DNA of 64,000 nucleotides from assembly GCF_030028105.1 (NCBI RefSeq), contig NC_092377.1, positions 4,779,079-4,843,078 on the forward strand. Direction: 5' to 3'. Positions 11,700-24,400 of the stretch are shown here, piece by piece. Each line of letters starts with the position of its first letter. Position 1 is the stretch's first letter. Below the pieces are notes generated by a model. The model ran no database searches. It saw only the letters and a list, made by a program, of their open reading frames with translations, and had not been told where the DNA came from. This DNA is from Mobula birostris. Taxonomy: Eukaryota. A program made the position numbers and the translations under genes.

Positions 11700-14590
11700 T
11701 AGCTCTTTGAGATTTCACTCAGAGGCTACAGTCAGAGAAAGCAAAGGGAAGAAAAATTCTAGGTTAATTTGGTTTTCTTTCCTTTCTTTACATCTGCTGA
11801 GATAGGACAATACAGACTCCAGGCAGGATAGCTGAATGTTCCTCTTGTGGGATGTGGGAAGGCAGGGAGATCTCCAGTGCATCAAACTGCACTTCTAACA
11901 AACCAGGTTAAGTGGTTGGAGCTGGAACTAGAACTGAATGAACTCCGGATAATTTGGGAGACTGAGGGGGTGACAGACAGGACATTTAGAGAGGTAGTTG
12001 CACCCAAGGTGCAGGACACAGGAAATTGGGTGACAGTCAGCAAGGAGAAAGAGGTCAAGGAGCCAGTGCAGAGTAACTCCATGGCCATCCCCCTCAACAG
12101 CGGGTATATCACTTTGGATAAGGTTGGAGGCAGGACAGGGGGGTGGGGGCAGTTGACCTAACAGAGGAAAGTCAGTGGTTGGGTCTGGCACTGAGTCTGC
12201 CTCTGGGACTCTGAAGGGAAATAGGGAGAAAAAGCACACTGAATGGGGATTCGTTAGTTAGGGGAACGGACATGAGGTTCTGTGGGTGAGAATGAGATTT
12301 TCGGATGGTATGTTGCCCCCTGCGTGCCAGAGTCCAGGATATCTTGGACTGGGTCCTCAACATTCGTAAGTGGAGGGTGAACAGCCAGAAGTTGTGCCCC
12401 ATGTAGGTACCACGTATATGGGTAGCACGAGTGACAAGGTTCTGCAGAGGGAGTTCGGGGAGCTGGGTGCTGAGTTAAAGGGCGGGACATCCAGGTTATG
12501 ATCTCAGGATTGCTCTCCTTGCCACGTGCCAATGAGGCCAGAACCAGGAAGATTATATAGTTTAACATGTGTCTACAGAGTTGTAAAAGGGAGGGTGTAA
12601 GATTTTTGGATCATTGGGCTCTCTTCCAGGGAAAGTGGAACCTGTACAGAAGGGACGTTTTGCACCTGAACTGGAGGGGGTGTAACATCCTCGCGGGAGG
12701 GTTTGTTAATGCTGCACGGTGGTGTTTAAACTAGAGTTGTAGGGAGATGGAATCCAGAGCACCAGAATAGTTTGCGGAGAAGTTGTGGAGGCCAGTGTTG
12801 GTAAGACCTCAGACGAAGTTAGGAATTGAAGGATAGAGCATGGTGTGATTAGTGTCCTGAGCATCCTATATTTCAATGCAAGAAGTACCGTAGGAAAGGG
12901 GGATAATAGTGCTGAAGATGAGGTAACTGGTTTACAAACAGAGGTGAGGTGCATTGAGGAGAGGCTGATGATAGGACAAAATTGCAGTCAACAGGATGAG
13001 TACAATGTAAAAGGTGGACAAAATCGAAAAGGGTGAATACAGTACTGAAAGTGTTGTATTTGAAAGCGCACAGTTTATGAAATAAGGTAGGCAGGTAAGT
13101 TCGTTCCTTATTTATTATTTCTTTTTTCTTATTTAACTCTTGAGAGAATAGGAGATTTGTCTGCAGAGCCAGTGTTCTGTTCTGGGTGTCAGATGTGGGA
13201 TTTCCAGGAGACTTTCAGCCTCCCCGATGGTTACATCTGCACCGGGTGCATTGAGATGCAGCTCCTGAGAGACCGTGTTGGGGAACTGGAGCTGCAGCTC
13301 GATGACCTTCGGCTTGTTAGGGAAAGTTAAGCAGTGATAGACAGGAGATACAGGGAGGGAGTCACCCCAAGGCTACAGAAGACAGATAAATGGGTGACCA
13401 TCAGAGAGGGAAGGGAGAACGTCAGAGGGGACCCCTCTGCTCATTCCCCCTCAACAATAAGTACTCCAACTTGAGAACGATTAGGGGGAATGATCTACCT
13501 GTGGAAGCAACAGTGGCCATGCCCCTGGCACTGAGTCGAGCCCTGTGGTTAATAAGGGTAGGAACTGAAGGGGATGGCAAGAGTAATAGGGGACTCTATC
13601 ATTAAGGGGGCAGATAGGTGATTCTGCAGACATGAAAAGGAAACACAGATGGTAGTTTGCCTCCCAGGTGCCAGGGTCCACGATGTTTCTGAACATGTCC
13701 ACAATATCCTGAAAAGGGAGGGTAAACAGCCAGAAGTCCTGATACATATTGGTACCAATGACATGGGTAGAAAAAGGGAGAAGGTTCTGAAAAAAGAATA
13801 TGGGGAGTTAGGAAGGAAGCTGAGAAGCAGGAACTCAAAGGTAGTAATCTCAGGATTGCTGCCTGTGCCATGCAACAGTGATGATAGGAATAGAATGAAT
13901 TGGTAGATAAATGTGTGGCTGAAGAATTGGGGCAGGGGACAGTGATTCAGATTTCTGGATTATTGGGAGATCTTCTGGGGCAGGTGTGACCTGTGCCAGT
14001 ATTCTTGTCAACAAGTCTTCAAGAGCTGTTGGAGGTGGTTTAAACTAATATGGCAGGGGGTAGGAACCAGTATGAAAGAGCTGAGGATGAGCCAGCAGGT
14101 TCACATGTAGATGATGTAATATGAATGTAAGGAAGGACAGGCCAATGACTGGGTACAACTGCAGACTGAGTCAAGAGTTAAGTTGTACCACAGGGGCAAA
14201 ATTCAAAAGGATGAAGAATTTTGGTGAAGGGTGAAGAAATACTGAAGATGTTGTATTTAAATAAGGGTAGCATTCGGAATCAATGGATGAACTTGTGGCA
14301 CAAATAAAGATTAGTGTGTATGAGATTCTGGGCATAACTGAGTCATGTCTGAAATAAGGCCATGGTTGGGAGTTTAAGATCAAAGGATGTACTTTGTAGC
14401 GCACAAAGGTGGTGATCTGGCTATGTTGGTAAGAGTTGGTAACAGTTTTGGACACTTTGTCTTGGAAAGAATGTATTGTCATTGGAGAGAGTCCAGAGGA
14501 GCTTCACGAGAATGATTCTGGGAATGAAGTGGTTAGATTAAGAGGAACGTTTGGCAGCTTTGGGCCTGTACTCACTGGAATTCTCACAGG
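11700..14590 (+). mobile_element. Two adjacent CR1 5'/ORF1 fragments plus a CR1 3' piece
   Basis: ORFs 11847-12161 and 13649-13906 (MVVCLPGARVHDV...HIGTNDMG; SGNH-esterase-type ORF1). Confidence 0.75.
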
Positions 14591-15161
14591 CGGGAGGAGA
14601 AGATGGCAGTGCGCCACAGCGCGCGCAGCTCTTCTGTGAAATGATATCGTTTCTGTTAAATAGGGGCCGTAGACAATTCTGATTTGATGGAGATGGACGT
14701 GAAAACACAGAGGAACATCTGGAGAAATTTCTGAAACTCCGGTTCGCTGCCGCTGTTACTGCGCGATCGAGAATCTTCCAGAGGGGAGGCCCCAAAATCC
14801 CCGGCTTTGCCTGCTGTTGGCGACCGAGGCTGAGGTCGAATCGTTCGGATAGAGATGGTGCTTGGTACTCGGTGTTGGGGGCTGATTGGAGGCTCGAAGT
14901 TTTCGGATGACTCAGAGTCGGACTGTGGTCAGGTATGGCAGGGAGAGTTTTCTTCCTTCTCCTGTCTGCGTGAGATGTGGGACTTTCGAGAGACTTTGAA
15001 GTTTTTACTGTGCCATGGACTGTTCTTCATCAAGTTATGATATTGTTGCACTGTTGTAACTATGTTATAATTACGTGGTTTTGTTAGGAATATTGTATCA
15101 TTTCTTAATGCATGCATTACTAAATGACAATAAAAGAGGACTGCATGTTGTCATAATCTAA
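14583..15161. mobile_element. Non-coding interspersed repeat nested in a CR1 3' end
   Basis: CR1 sequence breaks at ...tactcactggaatt and resumes at ttagaagaat...gatctcattgaaacc. The insert is CpG-rich at its start and ends in an AATAAA-containing tail. Confidence 0.55.
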
Positions 15162-15299
15162 ATTTAGAAGAATATGTGGGGATCTCATTGAAACCTACTG
15201 AATGTTTAAAGGACTAGATTGGGTAGAGAGGATGTTTGCTATGATGGGAGTATTCAGAACTAGAGGACAGAGCATCAAAATTGAGGGGCGACTTTTTAA

Positions 15300-16250
15300 A
15301 ACATAGTCATAGTCATACTTTATTGATCCCGAGGGAAATTGGTTTTCGTTACGGTTGTACCAACCAAGAATAGAATATAAATATAGCAATATGAAATCAT
15401 AAATAATTAAATAGTAATATGTAAATTATGCCAGGAAATAAGTCCAGGACCAGCCTATTGGCTCAGGGTGTCTGACCCTCCAAGGGAGGAGTTGTAAAGT
15501 TTGATGGCCACAGGCAGGAATGACTTCCTATGACACACAGTGTTGCATCTCGGTGGAATGAGTCTCTGGCTGAATGTACTCCTGTGCCCAACCATTGCAT
15601 TATGTAGTGGATGGGAGACATTGTCCACGATGGCATGCAATTCAGACACCACCATCAGAGAGTCCAGTTCCATCCCCACAACATCACTGGCCTTACAAAT
15701 GAGTCTGTTGATTCTGTTGGTGTCTGCTACCCTCAGCCTGCTGCCCCAGCACACAACAACAAACATGATAGCATTGGCCACCACAGACTCGTAGAACATC
15801 CTCAGCATCGTCCAGCAGATGTTAAAGGACCTCAGTCCCCTCAGGAAATAGAGACGGCTCTGACCCTTCTTGTAGACAGCCTCAGTGTTCTTTGACCAGT
15901 CCAGTTTATTGTCAATTCATATCCCCAGGTATTTGTAATCCTCCACCATGTTCACACTGACCCCCTGGGTGGAAACAGGAGTCACCGGTGCCTTAGTCCT
16001 CCTCAGGTCTACCATCAGCTCCTTAGTCTTTTTCACATTAAGCTGCAGATAATTCTGCTCACACCATGTGACAAAGTTTCCTGCCATAACCCTGTACTCA
16101 GCCTCATCTCCCTTGCTGATGCATCCAACTTTGGCAAGTCATCAGAAAACCTCTGAAGATGACAAGACTCTGTGCAGTAGTTGAAGTCTGAGGTGTAAAT
16201 GGTGAAGAGAAAGGGAGACAAGACAGTCCCCTGTGGAGCCCCAGTGCTGC
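15300..16250 (-). mobile_element. Rex1/L2-type LINE 3' fragment with (TAGTCA)n tail
   Basis: ISSTGAPQGTVLSPFLFTIYTSDF RT motif and MLRMFYESVVA...HPLH...KSFLPVAIKLYN C-terminus. The same tail recurs at ~19125 and ~62385. Confidence 0.8.
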
Positions 16251-17776
16251 TGATCACTCTGAGACTTCTGAAAACAGAAGTAAATAGGATTTTTTTTTAG
16301 CCAGAGAGTAGTGAAACTGTGAAATGCTCTGCCACAGACTGTGGTGGAGGCCAAGTCCATGGGTATATTTAAAGCAAAAATTGGTAGATTCATGATTAGT
16401 TGGAACATCAAAGGATATGGGTAGAGGGCAGGTGAATGGGGTTGAATGGGATTTGGGATCAGCTATGATGAAATGGTGGAATGGACTCGATCTGAATGGC
16501 CTAACTCCGTTCCTATGTCTTAAGGTCTAAAATAGGTAGATATGGGTCTGTCGATGACAGTCACATTGTCCCGTCATGGAAGGCCACCTGGGCCCAGTCA
16601 GTGACGAGAGTGTGGTGGAGGAGGGCATTCAGACCATCATAGCTGTCATGGTAGAGTCTGCTATCCCCATCACCCCGTCACCTCCCAATCTCAACAGCAT
16701 CTCTCTAAAGTGTGTTTGTTTGTTCCACTTTTTTCCTGTTCCCTTTTGCAATTTCCTCTTGCTTTTGACTGTGTAGGCTCTACATTGTACTTTGCTGACT
16801 ATTCTTTCAGATAAAAGCTGGCTGTGAAACCTTGTATCAGTATGTTCCCGTTAAGTTTACTCCTGTATTCAACCCCAGTAGATCTCTGAGTCATCAGGAT
16901 GATTGCAGAAATCCAAGAGTTCTAGTCACCACCACCTTTTCACAGACAATTGGACGCAGGTGAATACAGCACAGGGACAAGCCATACTGTTCACCATGAT
17001 ACCAAACTGAACAACCCTCATCTGCCCACATTCTGCTGAACTGCTTCTCTCCCCTTTCCAAACCTCCACTTCCTTCCTGTAACGTGATCGCCAGAAATCT
17101 GATTGGCCATCAGCAGGGGAATGGAGGGTCACTGAGCCTAGGCAGAATAGCAGTTCATCATGGACTAGATGGGCTGAAGGGCCAGAGTGCTCTATGACTC
17201 CCTGGGTCCTGCTATTGACTGTAAATGGCAGAGTAGCACAACTTCGCATTTCAGTATCAAAATCCCATTGTTTAATTAATAAGTACACACACAATTTTAT
17301 TTTATCAAGTTAAGATACTTTGACAGTAATATGAATACTTGCAAACAAGCTGCACACTGCTTTTCTTGTCAAAGTTTATAATTTACAATTTTTACACAAT
17401 ACAAATTGAGGAAGTAAACTCTTTCTGCAAGCAGGAAACATGCCTCATTGGTAGGCAGTATTGATCCCAGGGGATCATGGGTTTGCCCCTCTGGTGGACT
17501 GTGTCCTCTCCAGGACGCAAGCCTGGGTGGGAAGATTTGAAGAACTGGCTGTTGCCCATGCAGCGTGCTCCCCCTCTCCACATCACTGATGTAGTCCAAG
17601 GCAAGGGCAAGTGCCGATACAGCTTGGTACCAGTGTCGTTGCAGAGGTTGCCAGAGTGAAGTTGTAGACAACATCAAACTGGCTTAGGAACCCCAGTTCC
17701 AGATTTCTTCCTCAGGGTTTACTCCCAAAGACTTTCCCATGGGTGGCTGTGGCCACAAGGCAGCAGAGGTTTAAAA

Positions 17777-18778
17777 CACTGGACAACAATTTTTTTCAAA
17801 AGTGTTGCTTCCTCAGAAATTTTTTTTGTTTATGATAGACTGCTTCAAGATGAACACAAACATAATTTCAGAGTACTTGTATCACGTAGGAATTTGGAGA
17901 AACAACAAATTTACTTTTATTGAATATAATGTGTTTAATTGCACAATGGTGTTGATGCTTTGCAATAGTTCAACTAAGTTAAAAATATTTTGTTAATGAT
18001 TTTCATTTGTACTCAGTGTCTGAGGCTTCTCACTTAAGTGTCCAACAATAAATCGCCAGCATTGATGGATTCCAGTTGCCCTGGTATCTTTTCTCTATGA
18101 CTGCAATATCCTGGTGAAACCTTTCACCATGCTCGTCACTAACAGCACCAAGATTTACAGAGAAGAAGTCTAAATGGGAATGCAGAAAATGAATCTTTAG
18201 TGACATGTTGCATTTCATGGTTTTATATGCTTGAAGCATGCTTTCAACCAGCTACATGTAGTTTGGTGCTTTGTAGATGCCTAGAAAAATTTCAACAACT
18301 TCCTTGAATGCCTTCCATGTGATTTTCTCTGGTCCCACTAGAGATTTTTCAAACTGCCTGTCATTGATGACCTGATTGATTTGTGGACCAACAAAATGCT
18401 TTCCTTAATCTTGGCATCAGTTATTCTGGAAAGTATCTGTCTCAAATATCAAAATCCTTCATAGAAATTGTTGTGCTTGGTGATGGTCAATTCCATCCGT
18501 AGTCCTGAACCCAATAATTATTACTAAAACCTGCCATGCAGCAGCTGCACTGCCTAAACATGCCTGGGAAAGATAGGAAACTTTCCAGTTTACATTGTAG
18601 GCAACATTTTAATTGACTTGAATTATAAATTGAAATAATAAACATAAACGATTTCAAAAAATGGTGTGTGATAGGGAAATTTCATGGTGAATTTTATGGT
18701 GATTTTCATGATCAGTAGCCCAAAATTCATAAGATACACCTAAAGGTATTCAGGAAGCAAAATCTTTGTTGTCCAGTG
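17777..18778 (-). mobile_element. Internally deleted DNA transposon, Chapaev3-like (CMC group)
   Basis: 13-bp TIRs CACTGGACAACAA...TTGTTGTCCAGTG and a 3-bp TSD AAA. Transposase remnant ...VGPQI...WKAFKEVV..FLG...CNMSLKIHFLHSHLDFF..NLGAVSDEHGERFHQDI...RYQG.W....YCWTL. Family assignment is from recalled motifs. Confidence 0.75.
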
Positions 18779-19019
18779 AAATCAGAGGTTTTCTTCGCCC
18801 AGGCGGGCTGCTGTCCAAGCCTGACAAGCCCCACCTGCCCGAACACGAGTCATATTACAGCACTAATTGAGCTGAAAACTCACCCACTTTCTCATAGGAT
18901 CGGCAGTTGACAAGGTTTCATGTTACATGGAATTGCAATATGTTCTGTCTTCAACAAATGCTACCTTTCCAAACATCCCCATTTCCCTGTAAGATGGGAG
19001 TTATCTGTATTTAATCCAC

Positions 19020-19860
19020 CATTAAGGGCCCCAGACAGTCCTTCCAGATGAGGCGACGCTTCACCAGTGAGTCAGCTGGGGTGATATAATGTGTCCGATG
19101 CTCCCAATGTGGCCTTCTATATATAGTCATAGTCATACTTTATTGATCCTGGGGAAATTGGTTAAACCCAGGGGAAATTGGCGAGACCCGACGCAGACTG
19201 GGAGATCGTTTTGCTGAACACCTACGCTCTGTCTACCAGAGTAAGCAGAATCTCCCAGTGGCCACACATTTTAATTCCACGTCCCATTCCCATTCTGACA
19301 TGTCTATCCACGGCCTCCTCTACTGTAAAGATGAAGCCACACTCAGGTTGGAGGAACAACACCTTATATTCCGTCTGGGTAGCCTCCAACCTGATGGCAT
19401 GAACATTGACTTCTCTAACTTCCGCTAATGCCCCACCTCCCCCTCGAACCCCATCCATTATTTATTTACTTATTTACACAAATTCTTTTTTTCTCTCTCT
19501 CCTTTTTCTCCCTCTGTCCCTCTCACTATACCCCTTGCCCATCCTCTGGGCTTCCCCCTCCCCCTTTTCCTTCTCCCTGGGCCTCCTGTCCCATGATCCT
19601 CTCATATCCCTTTTGCCAATCACCTGTCCAGCTCTTGGCTCCATCGCTCCCCCTCCTGTCTTCTCCTATCATTTTGGATCTCCCCCTCCCCCTCCCACTT
19701 TCAAATCTCTTACTAGCTCTTCCTTCAGTTAGTCCTGACGAAGGGTCTCAGCCCGAAACGTCGACTGTACCTCTTCCTAGAGATGCTGCCTGGCCCGCTG
19801 CGATCACCAGCAACTTTGATGTGTGTTGCTTGAAATTCCAGCATCTGCAGATTTCCTCGT
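19020..19860 (+). mobile_element. Penelope-like element (GIY-YIG and 3' end) with an internal Rex-tail insertion
   Basis: RRFT.ES.GVI.CVRCSQCGLLYI / [16 protein letters not shown]..., interrupted at ~19125-19175 by tagtcatagtcatactttattgatc. Confidence 0.75.
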
Positions 19861-21327
19861 GTCTGGTCATTACCTGTGGCTTAGCTACTGAATCCAGTGA
19901 AACCATTTCTACTGACAGGAGAAGGGGTAACGGCAGTTTACTGCTATCTTAAAACCAATCGCTTCAGGAAGATGGGGCTTGTCAGCTGAAGTTGACAGTT
20001 CATAGAGAAGGAAAACTCTGATCTCAAACCTCTGCTGCCTCACGACTATACCCACTCATGGGGAAATCATTGGGAGTAACGCTGATGAAAATCCAGAGCT
20101 GGAGTCCCTAACGCCACTACATTGAGCTGAATGCTGACAGGCAACTCCTGCGACACCACTGGTGCCAAACGGTATCGGTCTCTGCCGTTCATTTGGATTT
20201 ATCCGCTGTGTGGAGAGGGGGAACCCGCTGCCCAGGCAACAACTTACTCTCCATACCGTACTGCCGTGGTTTACTGACTGGCGTGTGCATCCAACGTAGA
20301 CAGCTGGAATGCAACATCCATGGTTGACGCAGATTAACGGATCGGGGGCTCCATTTTCCCAAGTCAGATCAGGACATTTAGAAAATGTTTCAGTCCATTC
20401 TTTATGGATGTAGGAAGCAGGGTAAATCTGATCCTGTCTAATCATTGTATTTGGAGTTTCAGAAGCCATTCAATAAGCACCGATACTGCACAATTTTAAA
20501 GGATTGGCAGGTAGTGGAGACAGACATAAATGGGTCATTTCTGGAAGAAGGAATGTAGGTGTTGAACAAAGCGATTGCCCTGTCTGTACCTGTTCTCACT
20601 GATGTAGAGGAGGCCCAGGTACAACCACTAATGCTGGAGGAGAGGCAATAATGCCCACCTCATAGGAGAAGGGCTGTTTCAGGCCCTGGATGGTGCTGAG
20701 GGTGGACGTGGAAGTGAAGCCACATTTGGAGTTTGGTCTTCAGTTTTGTTGTTGTTCATTGGAAAAGAGCAGATGGAGGATATTGTCAGGACTCAGGGGA
20801 CTGAATTATGGAGAGTGGTTGAGCAGGTTGGGGCTTTATTCATTGCAGTGTAGGAGACTGAGGGCTGTATAAAATCACAAGGGGCAGAGATACTCAATGT
20901 GTAGAGTCCTTTTCCCAGAACTAGAGAGTACAGGTTTAAGGTGAGAGGGGAAAAGTTTAACAGGAACCTGAGGGGCAGTGTTTCTATCCAGAGAGTGGTC
21001 AGTAGATGAAATGAATTGCCAGGGCGAGTGGTTGAGGCAGGTACATTAATGTTATTTAAAATGGCCTGTTTCCTTGCTGTTTGACTGTGAATTTGTGATG
21101 GGTTTGATCTCCTACAGTTGCAGGGGAAGTCCCTGGGGATGGGAAGAAATGGGTGGGGAGAGATGGCAGACCAGGAAGTTGTAGACAGAGTGATCCCTGT
21201 GGAAAGCAGAAAGGGGTGGGGAGGGGAAGATGTGAGTGTAGGATCACGTTGTAGTTGGTGGAAGTTGCGAGATGTGACGTTCTGGAGTCCTGTGTGATGA
21301 TTTTTACCAGCAAAAAGCACACACTTT

Positions 21328-21333
21328 TTTAAT
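21328..21333 (-). promoter_or_regulatory. Candidate polyadenylation signal ATTAAA
   Basis: ATTAAA on the minus strand ~30 nt after the stop codon, followed by TG/T-rich sequence just before repeats resume. Confidence 0.4.
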
Positions 21334-21363
21334 AACCTGCAGGTGATGAAGAATTATTTTTGG

Positions 21364-21480
21364 TCACTGGGCACGTTTGATGACGGCATATTCAGTTGTT
21401 TCCTCGGTGACTTTAAGTTTTGGAGCTTTCTTCTGCTGTCGGAAGTGGATATCAGCATAACACATCTCTGATTGCTCTGA
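21364..21480 (-). CDS. Terminal coding exon with ITIM-like MCYADI and ITSM TEYAVI
   Basis: Acceptor tgtctgtgtttttctgttccag|TCA, phase 0; [38 protein letters not shown] followed by TGA. Confidence 0.88.
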   Translation of the reverse strand, partial: SEQSEMCYADIHFRQQKKAPKLKVTEETTEYAVIKRAQ

Positions 21481-24400
21481 CTGGAACAGAAAAACACAGA
21501 CATTTACAGTACTGAAACAAACCACTCACCCCCTGGTTTATATCTGACCCATCCCCACAGGACATTGATACATTTGGCTACTAAAGACACAGTCTCTGTT
21601 GTAACCTCAGGGATCTTAGACACCAGAGATACTGACGACGCGATTAGTTTGAAGCGACACACACACAATCCTGGAGGAATTCATTAGTTCAGGCAGCATC
21701 TATGGAGAGGAATAAACAGCCAATGTTTTAAATCATGAACTTTTCATCGGGGCTGGGGAAAAAAGAGGGCAGAAGCCAGAATAAAAAGGGTAGAAGGGAG
21801 ATGGAGGATCACAAGATGGCAGGTGATAGGTGAGTCCAGGTTAGAGGGGAGAGTGAGAGAGGTGGAGGTGGGGGTTAAGGGATGATGTGAGAAGCTGGGA
21901 AGTGATAGGTGGAAGGGGCAAGGGACTGAAGAAGGAATCTGATAGGAAAGGACAGTAGACTATGAATAAAGGCCTGGGAACTAGAGCGAGAAGGTGTAGG
22001 TAATGGGCAGATTATTCTGCAATTCACTTCCAATTCACTTTGTTCTATTAGGGCTTAATAAAATGATCTCAAAGCAACAGGTTTTGGCCTCTTTCCTGAT
22101 TTCCAGAGGAACTTTGGATTAAAGCATTGGAATCCAACACCTCCCTTTCATCTCGTACAGTCATTGAGTTGTACAGCAGGGAAATATGGCCATGCTGATC
22201 TTTTCCCATCGACTGAATTCCATTTGTCCCCATTTGTTCCATATCTCTCTCTGCCTTATCTATTTGAGTGCCTGTTTAAATGTCTCTAAAACGTACAGAC
22301 TGTATCTGACTCCAAAATTGCAGGGTGTGTTTTAGAACAGAAAGACCTAGGGGTACAAGTACACCAATCCCTGAAGGTGGTGACTCGGGTAGATATGACG
22401 GTGACTTGGGTAGATATGGTGGTGAAGAAGGTGTCGGCACACCTCCCTTCATTGGTCAGGACTGAGTGTTTGAGTTGGGCCCTCACAGTTGCTTGGTATA
22501 ATTGGAAAGGATTGATGAGGCCAAAGGCTAGTGAGTCAAAGCTTCAAAGTTCAAGGTAAGTTTATTATCAAAGTACATTTAGGTCACCATATATAACCAT
22601 GAGATTCATTTTTTGTGGGCATTCACAGAAAATACAAAGAAACAAAACAGAGTCAATGAAAGACCTCACTCAACAGGATGGACAAACAACCAATGTGTAA
22701 ATTAGACCTTGAGGCAAAGAGTCCTTGAAAGTGAGTCTATAGCTTGTGGGAACAGTTCATTGAAGGGGTAAGTGACGTTATCCCCATTAGTTCAAGTTTG
22801 GAGTTTGAAAGCCCATAAAATAGAAGATTGAAGTCAATGACTGCAGAGATAGAGGCCCACAGGTCGGGTCTGTGCATGCGGGATAGGGACTGGAGGGTGG
22901 AGTTCTAACATTTGAGAGTCTGGGTCCACTGGACACCCAGAGGCTGCCTTTCATGGGGTCGTCAGTGTGAGATTCTGGGGCTAACGACTGGAGGCCTGGG
23001 GTTGTTAGCCTGTGTGTGCGTGAGACGATGAGAGTGTAGACAAGGGGCTTGTTTTGCTGTAGTCTTGTTGCTATTGTGTCATTCAGTGTCCTGTCTGACT
23101 GCATCATAGTGTAGTACGGAAGCTGCAAGGCATCAGGCCACAAGGCCCTGCAGACGATAGTGAAAACTGCCAAAAGAATCACCGGAGTCTCCCTCCCCTC
23201 TATTTGTGACATTTACTGGGTGTGTCGCAGACAAAGAGCTTAAAGCATTGTTGAGGATCCCCACCACCCATCCCACAATCTCTTTGACCCATTACAGTCA
23301 GGAAGGAGGGACAGGAGCATCAGGACTGGGACTGTCAGACTGGGTAACAGCTTCTTCCCTCAGGCTGTGAGACTAATGAACCCTGTCACCATTGAGGTTT
23401 CGTCACCAGGACAGTGTACTGTTTATTGTTAACCTGTGCTGTGCTCTACATGCATATTGAATGATATTTCATTAACATATCGATAGTAATATTTGGTTTA
23501 TGTGTTGTGTGATAGATGTATTGTGGGTGCACCATGGTCCAGAAGAACATTGTTTCATTTAGTTGTATCCATGTACAGTCAGATGACCATTCCTCTGCCA
23601 TGGGCCTGCATAACTTCCGCCCAGTTGCACTCACCCCTATCATTGCAAAGTGTTTTGAGAGACTGGTTCTATCACAGCTGAAATCCTGTCTGCCCACTAC
23701 CCTGGACCCCCATCAATTTGCCTATGATACCAACAGGTCAACAGAGGACACCATCTCCACGGCACTTCACTCTGCCCTGACACACCTGGACAACCCCAAC
23801 TCTTATGTCAGAATGCTGTTCATTGACTTTAGTTCGGCATTCAATACTGTGATCCCCTCCAAGCTGATCGCCAAACTTCGCCAGCTTGGTATCAGCTCAT
23901 CCCTCTGCAATTGGACCTTGGAATTTCTCAGTAACAGACCTAATCAGCTAAGTTAGACAACCTCTCCTCCTCCACTCTCACCTTGAACACCGGCGTGCCT
24001 CAAGGCTGTGTGCTGAGCTCTCTTCTGTACTCCATTTTCACCTATGACTGTGTTCTTGTACGTGGTTCTAACTCCATAATCAAGTTCACAGATGATACCA
24101 CGGTGGTTGGCCTGATCAGAGGGGATGACGAGATGGCCTACAGGGACGAAGTCTAGCACCTGGCCGCGTGGTGTGCTGACAACAGCCTGGCCCTTAACAC
24201 CCAGAAGACCAAGGAGATCATTGTGGACTTCAGGCATGCTAGGAGCCACACTCACATCCCCATCTACATCAACGGAGCTGTAGTGGAGTGTGTATCAAGC
24301 TTCAGGCATGTTAGGAGCCACACTCACGTCCCCATCTACATCAACGGAGCTGTGTATCAAGTTTCAAATTCCTTGGTGTCCACATTTCCAAGAATCTCAC

